Assembly (NCBI RefSeq): GCF_000237865.1
Contig: NC_017459.1
Location: forward strand, 2,520,001-2,552,000
Length of the DNA stretch: 32,000 nt
Origin: Haloquadratum walsbyi C23
GTDB lineage: Archaea; Halobacteriota; Halobacteria; Halobacteriales; Haloferacaceae
Direction: 5' to 3'
Below the pieces are notes generated by a model. It was not told where the DNA came from. It saw only the letters and a program-made list of their open reading frames with translations, and made no database searches. The stretch's first letter is position 1. The number at the start of each line of letters is the position of its first letter. The translations under genes and the position numbers were made by a program. This document shows, piece by piece, positions 1-9,111 of this stretch.

Positions 1-227
1 TCATCAAGATGGACATTACAGGGAGTGATATCAGCCGCTGGATTGGCAATGCCAACCATCGGCGAGGATAAATCTGTATCATCAAAGCCCATCGCACGAA
101 ACATTGCTCGGTGCGGGGCTCGATCTGCACCTTCTGTCACATCCGTACTTGGAAGGTCCGGGTCCTTCTCCGTTGAGAACGGAGAATCGGTGTCTGCCCC
201 GTCCTCACGGTGTGTCTGCTTGCTCAT
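1..227 (-). CDS. ilvD: dihydroxy-acid dehydratase, N-terminal fragment (gene continues past the left window edge)
   Basis: Absent from the ORF track because there is no in-window stop. Reverse complement from the ATG at 227-225 reads MSKQTHREDGADTDSPFSTEKDPDLPSTDVTEGADRAPHRAMFRAMGFDDTDLSSPMVGIANPAADITPCNVHLDD. The APHRAMFRAMGF...GIANP...ITPCNVHL block is the conserved IlvD/Edd N-terminus. Confidence 0.8.
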   Translation of the reverse strand, partial: MSKQTHREDGADTDSPFSTEKDPDLPSTDVTEGADRAPHRAMFRAMGFDDTDLSSPMVGIANPAADITPCNVHLD

Positions 228-301
228 GATACAAGCTACTCTGTAAACGCATTAAAAGCACACGCATGATACGGCGGGATAATTAATACACTAGCTGAGA
301 C

Positions 302-976
302 TCACGTCTCATCGCGCGTTGCAAGCCCTGCGAGATGTGGTGCCTCAGGCACGATGAGTTCGGTACTGCCCAATGTTGCGGCATTTTCACTTCCAGGGAG
401 ACAAAAAACCGGAACAGTATCGATGATTCCTGCTGTTGCCCGTGTCCCAAGAACACGAGTCCCAATTTCAGCTTCAGATCTGCGACGGAATAATTCGCCA
501 AACCCAGGAAGTGATTTATCATATTGATCGCTAACAGCCTCAATTGTAACATCATCTGGGGTAATTCCAGTTCCGCCTGTCGTCACGACGATATCAGTGT
601 CTGCGTCCGAAACGGCTGTCTCAACGACTGATTGAATCCGGTGAACATCATCATCGACAATTTCACGAGTGATGATTGTGTGACCTGCAGACTCAAATGC
701 TGCTACAATAGCATCACCCGCGGCATCATCGGTGAGGGAACGAGATGATGAGACGGTGAAGATTGCAACACCAAGTGTTCCAACATCGTGTGCATGGTGG
801 GTGTGATTGTGGTCATGATCATCATCCCCATCGGCACCGTGATGATGACCATGATTCGTGTTTTCTGTGTGTCCTTCGGTGTGAGTATGATCCGTATCAG
901 AATTCGCATCCATTCCGGAACCGTCTGTGCGTATGTGTGACTGGAAAGTGGCTCTTGGTATGGTATCTCGATACAT
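302..976 (-). CDS. moaB: molybdenum cofactor biosynthesis protein B (MoaB/MogA family) with His/Asp-rich N-terminal extension
   Basis: 224-aa ORF. The C-terminal ~160 aa carry MoaB/MogA signatures (VVTTGGTGITPDDVT, LPGFGELFRRRSEAEIG, FCLPGSENA). An alternative in-frame ATG lies at 913. Confidence 0.85.
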   Translation of the reverse strand: MYRDTIPRATFQSHIRTDGSGMDANSDTDHTHTEGHTENTNHGHHHGADGDDDHDHNHTHHAHDVGTLGVAIFTVSSSRSLTDDAAGDAIVAAFESAGHTIITREIVDDDVHRIQSVVETAVSDADTDIVVTTGGTGITPDDVTIEAVSDQYDKSLPGFGELFRRRSEAEIGTRVLGTRATAGIIDTVPVFCLPGSENAATLGSTELIVPEAPHLAGLATRDET

Positions 977-1060
977 AACTGCTCATTTATTTCTGCGAAT
1001 AAACACTTCACGAATACGCAATGGTGTGAGCGGATTGAATGTGCAGTTCATAAACAGCAC

Positions 1061-2071
1061 TTACGATCCTGAGTTATCTTGAAACTCCGATGTCTCCGTA
1101 TCGGCTTGTGTAGTTTGATCTTCATGTGGAGATGCGGAATCAGATTCAGCAGTCTGTTCTGTCTGTGCACCGATTTCATCAGTGGTTTCGGTGTTGCTGT
1201 TGGTCTCAAGATTCGAGTCAACATCGATATCCTCGGTTGAACTAACAGTATTCTCCATTCGAGAGTCGCCACTGATCTCTGAGTTAGCCACCTGAGGGGT
1301 GGATTGGTGAATTGACGTTGCATCAGCCATTACCGATTCCCACTGGTTGTGTGCCCACTGTATTGCAGCATCGCTATCATTGATAATAATGCCACGAACA
1401 CCGGTGTCGGTATAGAACACAATTCCCGCCTCAATATCATCAACAATCCAGAGCCCATAATTAAATGAAATATCTCCGCTCAGCAGGCTTACATGGTCAT
1501 GTTGTGCCTGTTTAATAAATCCTGAGCGGAGTTCAGGCGCTGCGAGTAGTGTCTCAACAACATCTTCATCGACAACATGCTTCACGATTGTTCCATTCGC
1601 GGTTGTCACAGCGTAAAATTCATCTAGATATCCTGCAAGCGCAACAGGTGAAACGCCTCGAAACACATCTGCGGATTCGATACTGTCAAAAAGATATCTG
1701 ATTATCCGATCTGGAATCTCAGGGGATGCTTGGGCATACGAAGCGCCATCGAGAAAAACATCAGCAATGTCGATACCACTTGGAAGCGTTGAAAGGAGGT
1801 CACGGCCAGAATCAATCTCTTGCAACCGTCTGTGGTACTGTTGTGCTGCTGTGAGCGCCGTCCGACCAGCAAGCGTCAATTGATAGTCACTATTTGTCGA
1901 AGTAACGAGTCCAGCGTTCGAAAGTTCACGAATCCCACGATCGACAGTCGATCGAGATATATCAAGATCCGTCTCAAGTTCACACTTGTCTTTTGAATTT
2001 TTTTCTAATGACTCGAGAAACGATTGCCGTTTACCGACAATAGTGTCCAGTGAATGGTCGGAGTCGAGCAT
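1061..2071 (-). CDS. HTH transcriptional regulator (ArsR-like winged helix plus DUF1724-type C-terminal domain)
   Basis: 336-aa ORF. The N-terminal wHTH is ELETDLDISRSTVDRGIRELSNAGLV. The long C-terminal domain is typical of haloarchaeal DUF1724 regulators, followed by an acidic S/T-rich tail. It is divergent from the oxidoreductase gene. Confidence 0.75.
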   Translation of the reverse strand: MLDSDHSLDTIVGKRQSFLESLEKNSKDKCELETDLDISRSTVDRGIRELSNAGLVTSTNSDYQLTLAGRTALTAAQQYHRRLQEIDSGRDLLSTLPSGIDIADVFLDGASYAQASPEIPDRIIRYLFDSIESADVFRGVSPVALAGYLDEFYAVTTANGTIVKHVVDEDVVETLLAAPELRSGFIKQAQHDHVSLLSGDISFNYGLWIVDDIEAGIVFYTDTGVRGIIINDSDAAIQWAHNQWESVMADATSIHQSTPQVANSEISGDSRMENTVSSTEDIDVDSNLETNSNTETTDEIGAQTEQTAESDSASPHEDQTTQADTETSEFQDNSGS

Positions 2072-2191
2072 TACGGATTCATATAATTACAAAAGGTATG
2101 ATACTGTCGGATTGTATCATTGATAATGATATTCTTTACTTCATGATAATTAATAGAGAATGTTTTGTGCAGGCAGTTTATATCAGGTAAT

Positions 2192-3232
2192 ATGGAAGCC
2201 GTTCAATTCGCTGCACATGGTGATCGTGATGTCATTGAGTATGGTGAATTTCCGAATCCAACCATCGAACGGGATGAAGTGCTCGTTGATGTAAAAGCCG
2301 CATCGGTTAATCATCTTGATGTATGGACACGACGTGGGCTACCAGGAATCGATGTCGAGATGCCACATATACCTGGGAGTGATATGGCAGGAGTTGTCAG
2401 CGAAACTGGTGCAGACGTCACGCGATTTGACCCTGGTGATCACGTAGCGCTCATTGCTGGTGTGGCGGGTGATACCGATGAATTCACCCGAAAAGGAGAT
2501 CCAACACTTGCCGCAGATTATCATCTTATCGGTGAACACGTCCGGGGAGTCCACTCAGAATATACCGCAGTGCCCGCTGCAAATCTTGTTCCTGTTCCTG
2601 ATCATGTACCATGGGAGATTGCCGGCTCAACTTCATTGGTGTTTCAAACAGCCTGGCGGATGCTCATCGATCGTGCAGAACTTCGAACTGGTGAACATGT
2701 GCTTATTCATGGCGCTTCCGGTGGCGTTGGACATGCAGCCGTGCAAATTGCCAGTCATGCCGGTGCAACGGTATCAGCAACAGCATCAACGGAGCGAAAA
2801 CTTGAGCATGCTGCTGACTACGGCGCTGAGCATTTGATTAATTATGAGAATACATCATTTGCTGACGAAATATATCAAATAACGGATGGTCGTGGTGTTG
2901 ACATCGTTATTGATCATGTTGGTGAAGCAACGTATGAAGGATCATTGAAAAGTCTTCGAAAGGGTGGGCGATTAATTACATGTGGAGCGACGACAGGTCC
3001 AAATCCTGATGCCAATCTGAATCGGATTTTCTGGAATCAACTCCAGATTATCGGATCAACGATGGCAACACCCGGGCAAGCTGAGGAAGTATTAGATCTG
3101 GTCTGGGATGGAACACTTAAACCGCATATTCGTGAGACATTGCCTATGAGCGATATTGCTCATGCGCATGAATTGCTAGAGAATCGTGAGGGCTTTGGGA
3201 AGGTGGTTGTAATCCCGGATAGTGAATACTGA
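2192..3232 (+). CDS. Zn-dependent alcohol dehydrogenase / NADPH:quinone oxidoreductase (MDR superfamily)
   Basis: MDR motifs PHIPGSDMAGVV and the Rossmann segment VLIHGASGGVGHAAVQIA. The track start at 2165 is TTG. The ATG at 2192 (MEAVQFAAHG) is preferred. Confidence 0.85.
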   Translation: MEAVQFAAHGDRDVIEYGEFPNPTIERDEVLVDVKAASVNHLDVWTRRGLPGIDVEMPHIPGSDMAGVVSETGADVTRFDPGDHVALIAGVAGDTDEFTRKGDPTLAADYHLIGEHVRGVHSEYTAVPAANLVPVPDHVPWEIAGSTSLVFQTAWRMLIDRAELRTGEHVLIHGASGGVGHAAVQIASHAGATVSATASTERKLEHAADYGAEHLINYENTSFADEIYQITDGRGVDIVIDHVGEATYEGSLKSLRKGGRLITCGATTGPNPDANLNRIFWNQLQIIGSTMATPGQAEEVLDLVWDGTLKPHIRETLPMSDIAHAHELLENREGFGKVVVIPDSEY

Positions 3233-3470
3233 TACGGAAGAACAAGCACAATCTGATGTTGGATTTGGAATTCATGGGTGGACTCTCGTCGGGAGTCTCT
3301 TGCTCTGTCTTATTATCATCCCAGGAATCATCTACATCCAGCCGAGCATTCTTGCAGCAGTCGGGATTCCATATCTCGTCTCATTGCTTATCCTTCCGCT
3401 TGTACCAGCTGCTGCACTCGGTCTCATCGCTGTATGGTCAATGACAGCAGCGACAAACGAAACGGATTGA
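3222..3470 (+). CDS. small membrane protein (two predicted TM helices), hypothetical
   Basis: 82-aa ORF with a GTG start overlapping the upstream stop. It has two hydrophobic stretches (WTLVGSLLLCLIIIPGIIYI and LVSLLILPLVPAAALGLIAVW). Its stop codon lies inside the adjacent repeat. Confidence 0.4.
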   Translation: MNTDTEEQAQSDVGFGIHGWTLVGSLLLCLIIIPGIIYIQPSILAAVGIPYLVSLLILPLVPAAALGLIAVWSMTAATNETD

Positions 3471-3650
3471 CATCCTCCCCGCGCTGAAGCGCGAGGGTTC
3501 TTTCGGGGCGCAGCGTTGGACGGTCCAATGCCCCATGAAGCCAACTTCCCTATCCGCGGCGGACGGCGGATGAGTATCGGGTTCATCCCTGCGCTAACGC
3601 ACAGGACTTTCTCCTCGGGATTCCGTAATCTCAGCCAAGATAGCCTGCTA
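3465..3650 (-). repeat. GC-rich structured repeat; probable IS200/IS605 (IS1341-type) right-end / omega-RNA-like remnant without a transposase ORF
   Basis: There is an abrupt GC-rich block in an otherwise AT-rich intergenic region. It contains several stem-loops, including 3477-3497 (ccc-cgcgc tgaa gcgcg-a-ggg) and, on the minus strand, atccgc N8 gcggat and ggggc...gcccc. The terminal 15-mer gattgacatcctccc plus a following hairpin recurs at 19851-19895. Confidence 0.45.
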
Positions 3651-3695
3651 GGAAAAAGAGTTATTATCATTCATGTGTGAGAAACTCTCGCACAG

Positions 3696-4046
3696 ATGTT
3701 TGAATCATTCTCCGGCAGTTATTATCTCGGGAAACTTTATGTTGAACCGACGAACAGAGATCTTCCTGCTATCCAGCAAGATGATCATGAGCGAATGAAC
3801 GCACAATTATACGGAGATGACGGTGTCATCCGTGTTGATGCTCCGCTTGTTATGAAAATTGACACTGGACACCTTCCTGTGCTCGGTGATACATCCGTTC
3901 CTACTGGGACACTTTCAGTCCCGCAGTCGATCAATGATGGCGATCTTCCCGCTGAGCGTAATGTGTTAGTAGCCAAATCTGACCGAGCTAGAGAGTTATT
4001 ACAGTACGCTGGCTATCGATTCGGCGATGATGCTGCCGTTACATAA
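3696..4046 (+). CDS. conserved haloarchaeal hypothetical protein (resembles the DUF5802 family, from memory)
   Basis: 116-aa acidic ORF with an ATG start. The N-terminus MFESFSGSYYLGKLYVEP...HERMNAQLY...PLVMKIDTGHLPVLGD matches my recollection of DUF5802 proteins. Confidence 0.6.
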   Translation: MFESFSGSYYLGKLYVEPTNRDLPAIQQDDHERMNAQLYGDDGVIRVDAPLVMKIDTGHLPVLGDTSVPTGTLSVPQSINDGDLPAERNVLVAKSDRARELLQYAGYRFGDDAAVT

Positions 4047-4273
4047 GAATAACTATATATTCAATATATAAACACAATCCTGTCTTTTTATGTAGTTGTC
4101 TTGATGCTCCTCGGGAGGGGGAAGTTAGAATAGCTAAGACTTGTTCTCAGTTGCAATTTGATTTTCAATCCCTTCTCTATGAAGCAAGCATGAGCAGGCG
4201 CACGGAGTGAATCTTGAGTGATGAGAAATAAATCCATACACTCAAACAATCTCCTATCATACTCAGTTGGTGT

Positions 4274-5191
4274 ATGCTCGATGAACTGCTCGGCCGTGCC
4301 GAATTAAAGGCTCAGATCGCAGATCTTAAAGAGGAAAAACATCACCTTGAGCGTCAGCTCGCAGCGGAGGAAGAGCGTCGGACAGACGCCGTTCGCGAGC
4401 GTCAAGAGGCCGAGCGGGAGGTTAATCAACTTCAGGATCGAATTGAAGGGCTCGAAGAGCGTGTTGAACGACTCTCAGAGTCACAGACGGAGCGAAATGA
4501 ACTCTCAGTTCGCACGACTCAGGACATCCGGGGTGCGCGTCGAAAAAACATACTTGATCGAATCCGCTCTGTTGAGACCGGTCCGGAAGGTGCATTGACT
4601 GCAATGGTCACTGAAACAGTGCCTGATGAGATACGGAGATTGCTTGACGAACGGAGTGCACTCGTGCAGCGCCTTGCACCATGTCTTGTCTGTATTGATG
4701 ATGCTGGAATGATTGCCGTTGCGATTGAGTTGACAGCTCCGCCGACTCCATTTGTTGAATGGGGGACAACATTTCGTATCGAGCCACAATGGGTTGCCCC
4801 AGCAGAACCGGTAACTGTCGCAGTCGTTCGGTCTGATATTTTTGCACTTGGTGTCTATGATGGGTCAACACTCACACACGTAACAGATGTTACCACCGAT
4901 GTAATGGACGCACACTCGAAAGGTGGATTCTCACAAGCACGGTTTGAACGTCGTCGTGATCAACAGATTGAGGATCATCTTGAACACGCGCATGAGGCAA
5001 TCGAGACACATCTTACAGAAAATAGTCAGATACAGACAAGTGAAGTAGTGGTCCTTGGAGAAAAAACAGTGTTAGGTGCATTCAGTGATCTCGCAGGTCG
5101 GCGAGAAACAGTTGATGCAACAGGTGAGCCAAAATCAGCACTTGAAGATGCAGTCGATGAATTTTGGACGATTCGAGTCTCAACTCTATAA
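4274..5191 (+). CDS. Vms1/ANKZF1-like (eRF1-fold, VLRF1-type) putative peptidyl-tRNA hydrolase with N-terminal coiled coil
   Basis: 305-aa ORF. The first ~75 aa are heptad-like and charged (LKAQIADLKEEKHHLERQLAAEEERR...). The C-terminal part carries the GxxQ-type loop HSKGGFSQARFERRRD, characteristic of Vms1-like release-factor homologs. Confidence 0.65.
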   Translation: MLDELLGRAELKAQIADLKEEKHHLERQLAAEEERRTDAVRERQEAEREVNQLQDRIEGLEERVERLSESQTERNELSVRTTQDIRGARRKNILDRIRSVETGPEGALTAMVTETVPDEIRRLLDERSALVQRLAPCLVCIDDAGMIAVAIELTAPPTPFVEWGTTFRIEPQWVAPAEPVTVAVVRSDIFALGVYDGSTLTHVTDVTTDVMDAHSKGGFSQARFERRRDQQIEDHLEHAHEAIETHLTENSQIQTSEVVVLGEKTVLGAFSDLAGRRETVDATGEPKSALEDAVDEFWTIRVSTL

Positions 5192-5405
5192 TATATATAT
5201 ATTCTGTATGAATTTATCCGAAATTAAACGGAGAATCTATGTTCCTCGATTCCACGTCAGTCACACATGTTTCACTTTCTCAAGAAATAACTCCGGTAAA
5301 GTGAGGTGGACGGTGTGATTCATGAATCAGTGAGATCTGAGGGATAATAAAAATTCCATGTCACATGGGAGCGTATTTGATTATTGATTCTGAGTCTGGG
5401 ATTTG

Positions 5406-7016
5406 TTATGACCATTCGGCGAATGGAATGCCTTCTTGGGCGTACTCAACATATGCTGTCTGCATCTGTGTAATCGCAGCAGGAAGCGGGGTTCCAGCGG
5501 ACACTGCTTGTTCGACGCGGTCGCGTTTCCATTCACTTGGGGTCTGATATGGTCCATCCCGACGGGATTCAATTGGTGTCAGTGCCCACTCGATTGTCTC
5601 ATCAGAAACATCGAGTGCGGAGAGTCCGCGACGTGCGAGTGAAAACAAATCGGCATAAATTGCGTCTTGATCTATTTGATGTGTTCCACTATCATCAACC
5701 CAGGCGAGTGTCGCCGTCGGACCATCCGCAACAGCAGCATAAAATGATTCCTCAGCATCATCCCATGTGAGCGTCTCAAGTGGGTGATTGGTAGTAACAG
5801 CCCCATGCAGTACACCAGTAACGAGTGCTTGTACTCCAATCGTATCACGGATTGTTGGTTGAGTCGGAAGTGGGCGATACTCAATACGCACTGATGCATG
5901 GTTTGTGTGACCAGTGTGATCTGTCGGCACAGCGGTTGTTTCTGCCCCACCTCGAGGTGTCTGTCCACAAAAGACCGGGCGGACCCATCGCCAGTAAGTG
6001 CCACGCTTTGTCGGAAAAACGGACAGATCACATGGATCAGCGTCGGACGCTGGAATGGGTGTTTCAAGCGTTGATGAGGCAACAAGCGTTGGATCCGTCA
6101 CAATTCGATCGATTACGTCGAAAATGTCGTCTGCATCCGCTGGGACCCGGCATTTTTCAGCACCTGTATCGACTGCACGTTCGAAAATCGGGATACGGAG
6201 TTCATGCGGCGTTCGCGCGAGTCGGTCAGCCGCAACCTCAGCACTGACACCTGCATAACAGTCAGCCGGGAGAAATGGTGAGTTTGCTGTGAGTGAGAGA
6301 AGTGGTCCCATTGTTCGAGTTGCAGCATTCAGATACGCCGCGGCATCGCGTGGATCTGGTATTTGAAGATGTGGCTGAATTGACGTGGCGAGTGACTCGA
6401 CTAACATTGAGGGAGCAGTGTCAAGCCCTGGGAGACCAAGTTCGACTGTCCCACCACTTCGCTCACGAATCACCTCATTCAATGCAATATATCGAGGAAT
6501 AGGGCGGACATTCTCTGCGAAGAATATACCGTGTTCTGTCGTGCCCGCTCGAAGGTATGCATCAGTCCCCGTTTCAGGTGGGATAGTCCATAATGAATCA
6601 TACACGAGTGTGCGGTCGACATCGTCAATGTGAGAACGGATTGAGTCACGGATATGATGTAATTCACTTGCCTGGCGACGAAATCCACTTCCTCCATTAT
6701 CCGATTCAGCCCCAATGGCATCCGGTGTCGTGTGAAATTCAACATTATGGACGCCTAATTCAGGACTACACCCATTAAGTTCAAATACTGTTTCTGGCGC
6801 GGGGGCAAGTTGTGTCTTTGAATCAACAATATATGCCTCTAATTCGAGTCCAACTGCAACATGGTCTGAATCGAACTGTCCATTGCGGATGTCATGTTTA
6901 ATTCTCGCGGCTTCGCGAGCAACCCGCGCATCGAACGTCTCTTTCTGCTCCGATGTAAGCGCCCTCTCAACTGCGTCAATAGTATCTGTCATCTGTTTTT
7001 CCATATCCAGCAGCAT
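5406..7016 (-). CDS. glutamate--cysteine ligase family 2 (GCS2 / carboxylate-amine ligase) protein
   Basis: 536-aa ORF. GCS2-like blocks are VGLELEAYIVD, SPELGVHNVEFHTTP, SIQPHLQIPD and LSLTANSPFLP. Alternative ATGs lie at 7004 and 6992. Confidence 0.65.
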   Translation of the reverse strand: MLLDMEKQMTDTIDAVERALTSEQKETFDARVAREAARIKHDIRNGQFDSDHVAVGLELEAYIVDSKTQLAPAPETVFELNGCSPELGVHNVEFHTTPDAIGAESDNGGSGFRRQASELHHIRDSIRSHIDDVDRTLVYDSLWTIPPETGTDAYLRAGTTEHGIFFAENVRPIPRYIALNEVIRERSGGTVELGLPGLDTAPSMLVESLATSIQPHLQIPDPRDAAAYLNAATRTMGPLLSLTANSPFLPADCYAGVSAEVAADRLARTPHELRIPIFERAVDTGAEKCRVPADADDIFDVIDRIVTDPTLVASSTLETPIPASDADPCDLSVFPTKRGTYWRWVRPVFCGQTPRGGAETTAVPTDHTGHTNHASVRIEYRPLPTQPTIRDTIGVQALVTGVLHGAVTTNHPLETLTWDDAEESFYAAVADGPTATLAWVDDSGTHQIDQDAIYADLFSLARRGLSALDVSDETIEWALTPIESRRDGPYQTPSEWKRDRVEQAVSAGTPLPAAITQMQTAYVEYAQEGIPFAEWS

Positions 7017-7210
7017 ACTGCATCCGACGCTATGTTGATTCGATTATGTCGATAACAGCGGCGGATACCGTCTAGCGTTCTTTATCTATCATAACAATTG
7101 GAGTATAAAACTGTCGCGTGAGCACACCATGGAGTCAGATGAAAGCGCCAGGATGGTCGCCTCATACGACACATATCCTGCCATTATCGATTGGAGCGTT
7201 GAATTCAGAA

Positions 7211-8041
7211 TCAGTTATTTTCGTCATCACGCAATTCTTCTAACTCTGTCTCAACAGCTGGGTCGGAAACAGATGTTTCTGATTCGGAATTAGTTTTATT
7301 CTCGCCTTCACTTTCAGCGGTGGTGCTACTCGTCTCTTCAGTCCCTCCATCAACATCTGATTTTAATGTTGCCAGTTCGCTGTCAACAGCAGCGTCAGTC
7401 CGCCCCGAAGACAGTTCGCGGTCAATTTTATCTTTATCAGAAATGGCTTCATCAAATGCACCAGTATCAGCAAGTTCATCCATTGCTTCTGATCTAGCTT
7501 CCATTTCGTCAGTCTCTTGTTCTGCACGATCGATTGCCCGACTGACGTCGTTCATTTCGTCGCCCACACCTGTCATTGCCTCTGAGACGCGCGATGATGC
7601 TTCAGCGGCTTCATACCGCGCTTTCATTGTCTCTTTCTTCGTGCGGAACTCCTCGATACGGTTTTGTAGCTCATTTTTCTGCTCAACAAGATCATCCTGT
7701 GTCGATTGGAGTTCGGAGACTTGCGCTTCAAGATCCTCGATTTGTGACATTTTTGCCTGTTTCTTCTCGAGGGCCTGTCGAGCCAGGTCTTCACGATCTT
7801 GACGAACAGCTTCTCGCGCCTGTTCATTGTGCTTTTCAACGTTTTCTTCAAGCCGTCGTTTCTGCATTTCAAGGCGCTTTTTTTGTGTTGTCAGATCGGC
7901 GATCCCCTGTTTGACTTCCTGCAGTTCGTCGCGCATCTGCTCATATGAGTATTCGAGCGTTTCCGTTGGATCCTCGGCGCGATTGAGCAGCGAGTTCAGT
8001 TTCGAACGGACGACATACGATGCGCGTGAGAGGATTCCCAT
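7211..8041 (-). CDS. pspA: PspA/IM30 (Vipp1) family protein
   Basis: 276-aa ORF. It has the canonical N-terminus MGILSRASYVVRSKLNSLLNRAEDPTETLEYSYEQM, a long coiled coil and an acidic C-terminal tail. Confidence 0.85.
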   Translation of the reverse strand: MGILSRASYVVRSKLNSLLNRAEDPTETLEYSYEQMRDELQEVKQGIADLTTQKKRLEMQKRRLEENVEKHNEQAREAVRQDREDLARQALEKKQAKMSQIEDLEAQVSELQSTQDDLVEQKNELQNRIEEFRTKKETMKARYEAAEASSRVSEAMTGVGDEMNDVSRAIDRAEQETDEMEARSEAMDELADTGAFDEAISDKDKIDRELSSGRTDAAVDSELATLKSDVDGGTEETSSTTAESEGENKTNSESETSVSDPAVETELEELRDDENN

Positions 8042-8094
8042 GTCGTTTTATTTGGTGTGAGGCTGTTTAAATTCTCTCGTATGAATAACTAATT

Positions 8095-8742
8095 GTGAGT
8101 CACACTGTTCATTTTAACGGTGGACGAGACGCCCGTGGGCACCTGGATACGAGGGAGAGCAAAGCTAAGTATACAATCGATAGTTGTGTGATTGCATGTC
8201 CACCACACCCACAGCATGGTGGTCATAGTAGTGATAGACGACTCCAAGTTGTGAGTGACCAACTCCCTCCGGAGATTGATTGCCTACGGATTACATATGG
8301 GTCGTGGGACCACGGTCACGGTGAGTACGCTGACGTTGCTAACGCTCTCGAGTGGGCACATAATCGATATGATCAGTGTGGATTATTTGGATATAGTTTC
8401 GGTGCTGCGCTCGCAATTGGCGTTGCAACAACAAGCACCTGCGTTGAGTTTGTATCTGCACTTGCCCCACCACAATCAATTGATGATGGGTCAGTTGTTG
8501 AAACAACAACCGCCTTATACAATACAAACATCCCAACACAACTTATCTACGGAACACAAGATGAGATGATCAGCATCAATCCAACTGTTGAAATGTTACA
8601 GCAGAACGCATCTTCCGATAAATTTGATATTCGATCATTCCCGACAGGTCATGCTTTTCAGATGTTTCTTGATAAGGTTGGCATCGCTGTCAGCTCATTC
8701 GCTGACAATATTACTAATTCAGAGAGAAAATATTCAGCGTAA
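8095..8742 (+). CDS. alpha/beta hydrolase fold protein
   Basis: 215-aa ORF with a GTG start. It has the CPPHPQHGG motif and the nucleophile elbow GYSFG. The C-terminal His region is PTGHAF. Confidence 0.7.
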   Translation: MSHTVHFNGGRDARGHLDTRESKAKYTIDSCVIACPPHPQHGGHSSDRRLQVVSDQLPPEIDCLRITYGSWDHGHGEYADVANALEWAHNRYDQCGLFGYSFGAALAIGVATTSTCVEFVSALAPPQSIDDGSVVETTTALYNTNIPTQLIYGTQDEMISINPTVEMLQQNASSDKFDIRSFPTGHAFQMFLDKVGIAVSSFADNITNSERKYSA

Positions 8743-9111
8743 CAATGATACCAGTGTGAATAATCCCGACTCTTGTGGTCGGGGGCTCTCACCCTGCTCC
8801 GCATATAAATCGCAATTGATTGCCTTATTTACATTTTGTAATAAGACCGGTATCATAGAATCAATCCGATTATTTATTTCTCAACGCTCTTATGAAGTAC
8901 ATTGTTGGTGGCGAGCAGTCGGGCGATTTTTGTATTTCTCTACGGCGCCTGAGCTTCCCAGAACGAGAGTGAGACAGGGTGAAAGAACCGATCTACCGAA
9001 TTTACTCAGTTCGGAGAGTCATCACCAACAATCCGCTTCACAAGAGCGTTTCTCAAAGACCAAACGAGGACAGTTGATCACCTAAGAGGTCTGAGATAAT
9101 TCAACATTACA

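Noticed and set aside
3332-3670. 112-aa minus-strand ORF reading through the GC-rich repeat.
   Set aside because: It is Arg/Pro/Gly-rich and basic, unlike every confident protein here. It overlaps the 3' end of the plus-strand membrane ORF. It is best explained as a chance or relic frame across a GC-rich repeat (possibly a tnpB-tail relic), not a live gene.
7320-7802. 160-aa plus-strand ORF (and 7576..7914, 7827..8060) antisense to pspA.
   Set aside because: These Ser/Cys/Arg-rich low-complexity translations are typical of the shadow frame of a Glu/Asp/Leu-rich coiled-coil gene. pspA on the minus strand explains the region.
8588-9085. 165-aa plus-strand ORF spanning the hydrolase 3' end and the following 370-bp spacer.
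   Set aside because: It overlaps the hydrolase CDS out of frame and is basic and Cys/Ser/Arg-rich, so it is unlikely to be coding.
8743-9111. Possible cobalamin riboswitch or other leader RNA in the long non-coding spacer next to the cbi operon. I also looked upstream of cbiG at 14652-14795.
   Set aside because: The 8743-9111 spacer is downstream, not upstream, of the operon. I see no B12-box-like consensus in either region. This riboswitch class is not established in archaea. I noted only a short terminator-like hairpin (cccgac N7 gtcggg, 8765-8783).
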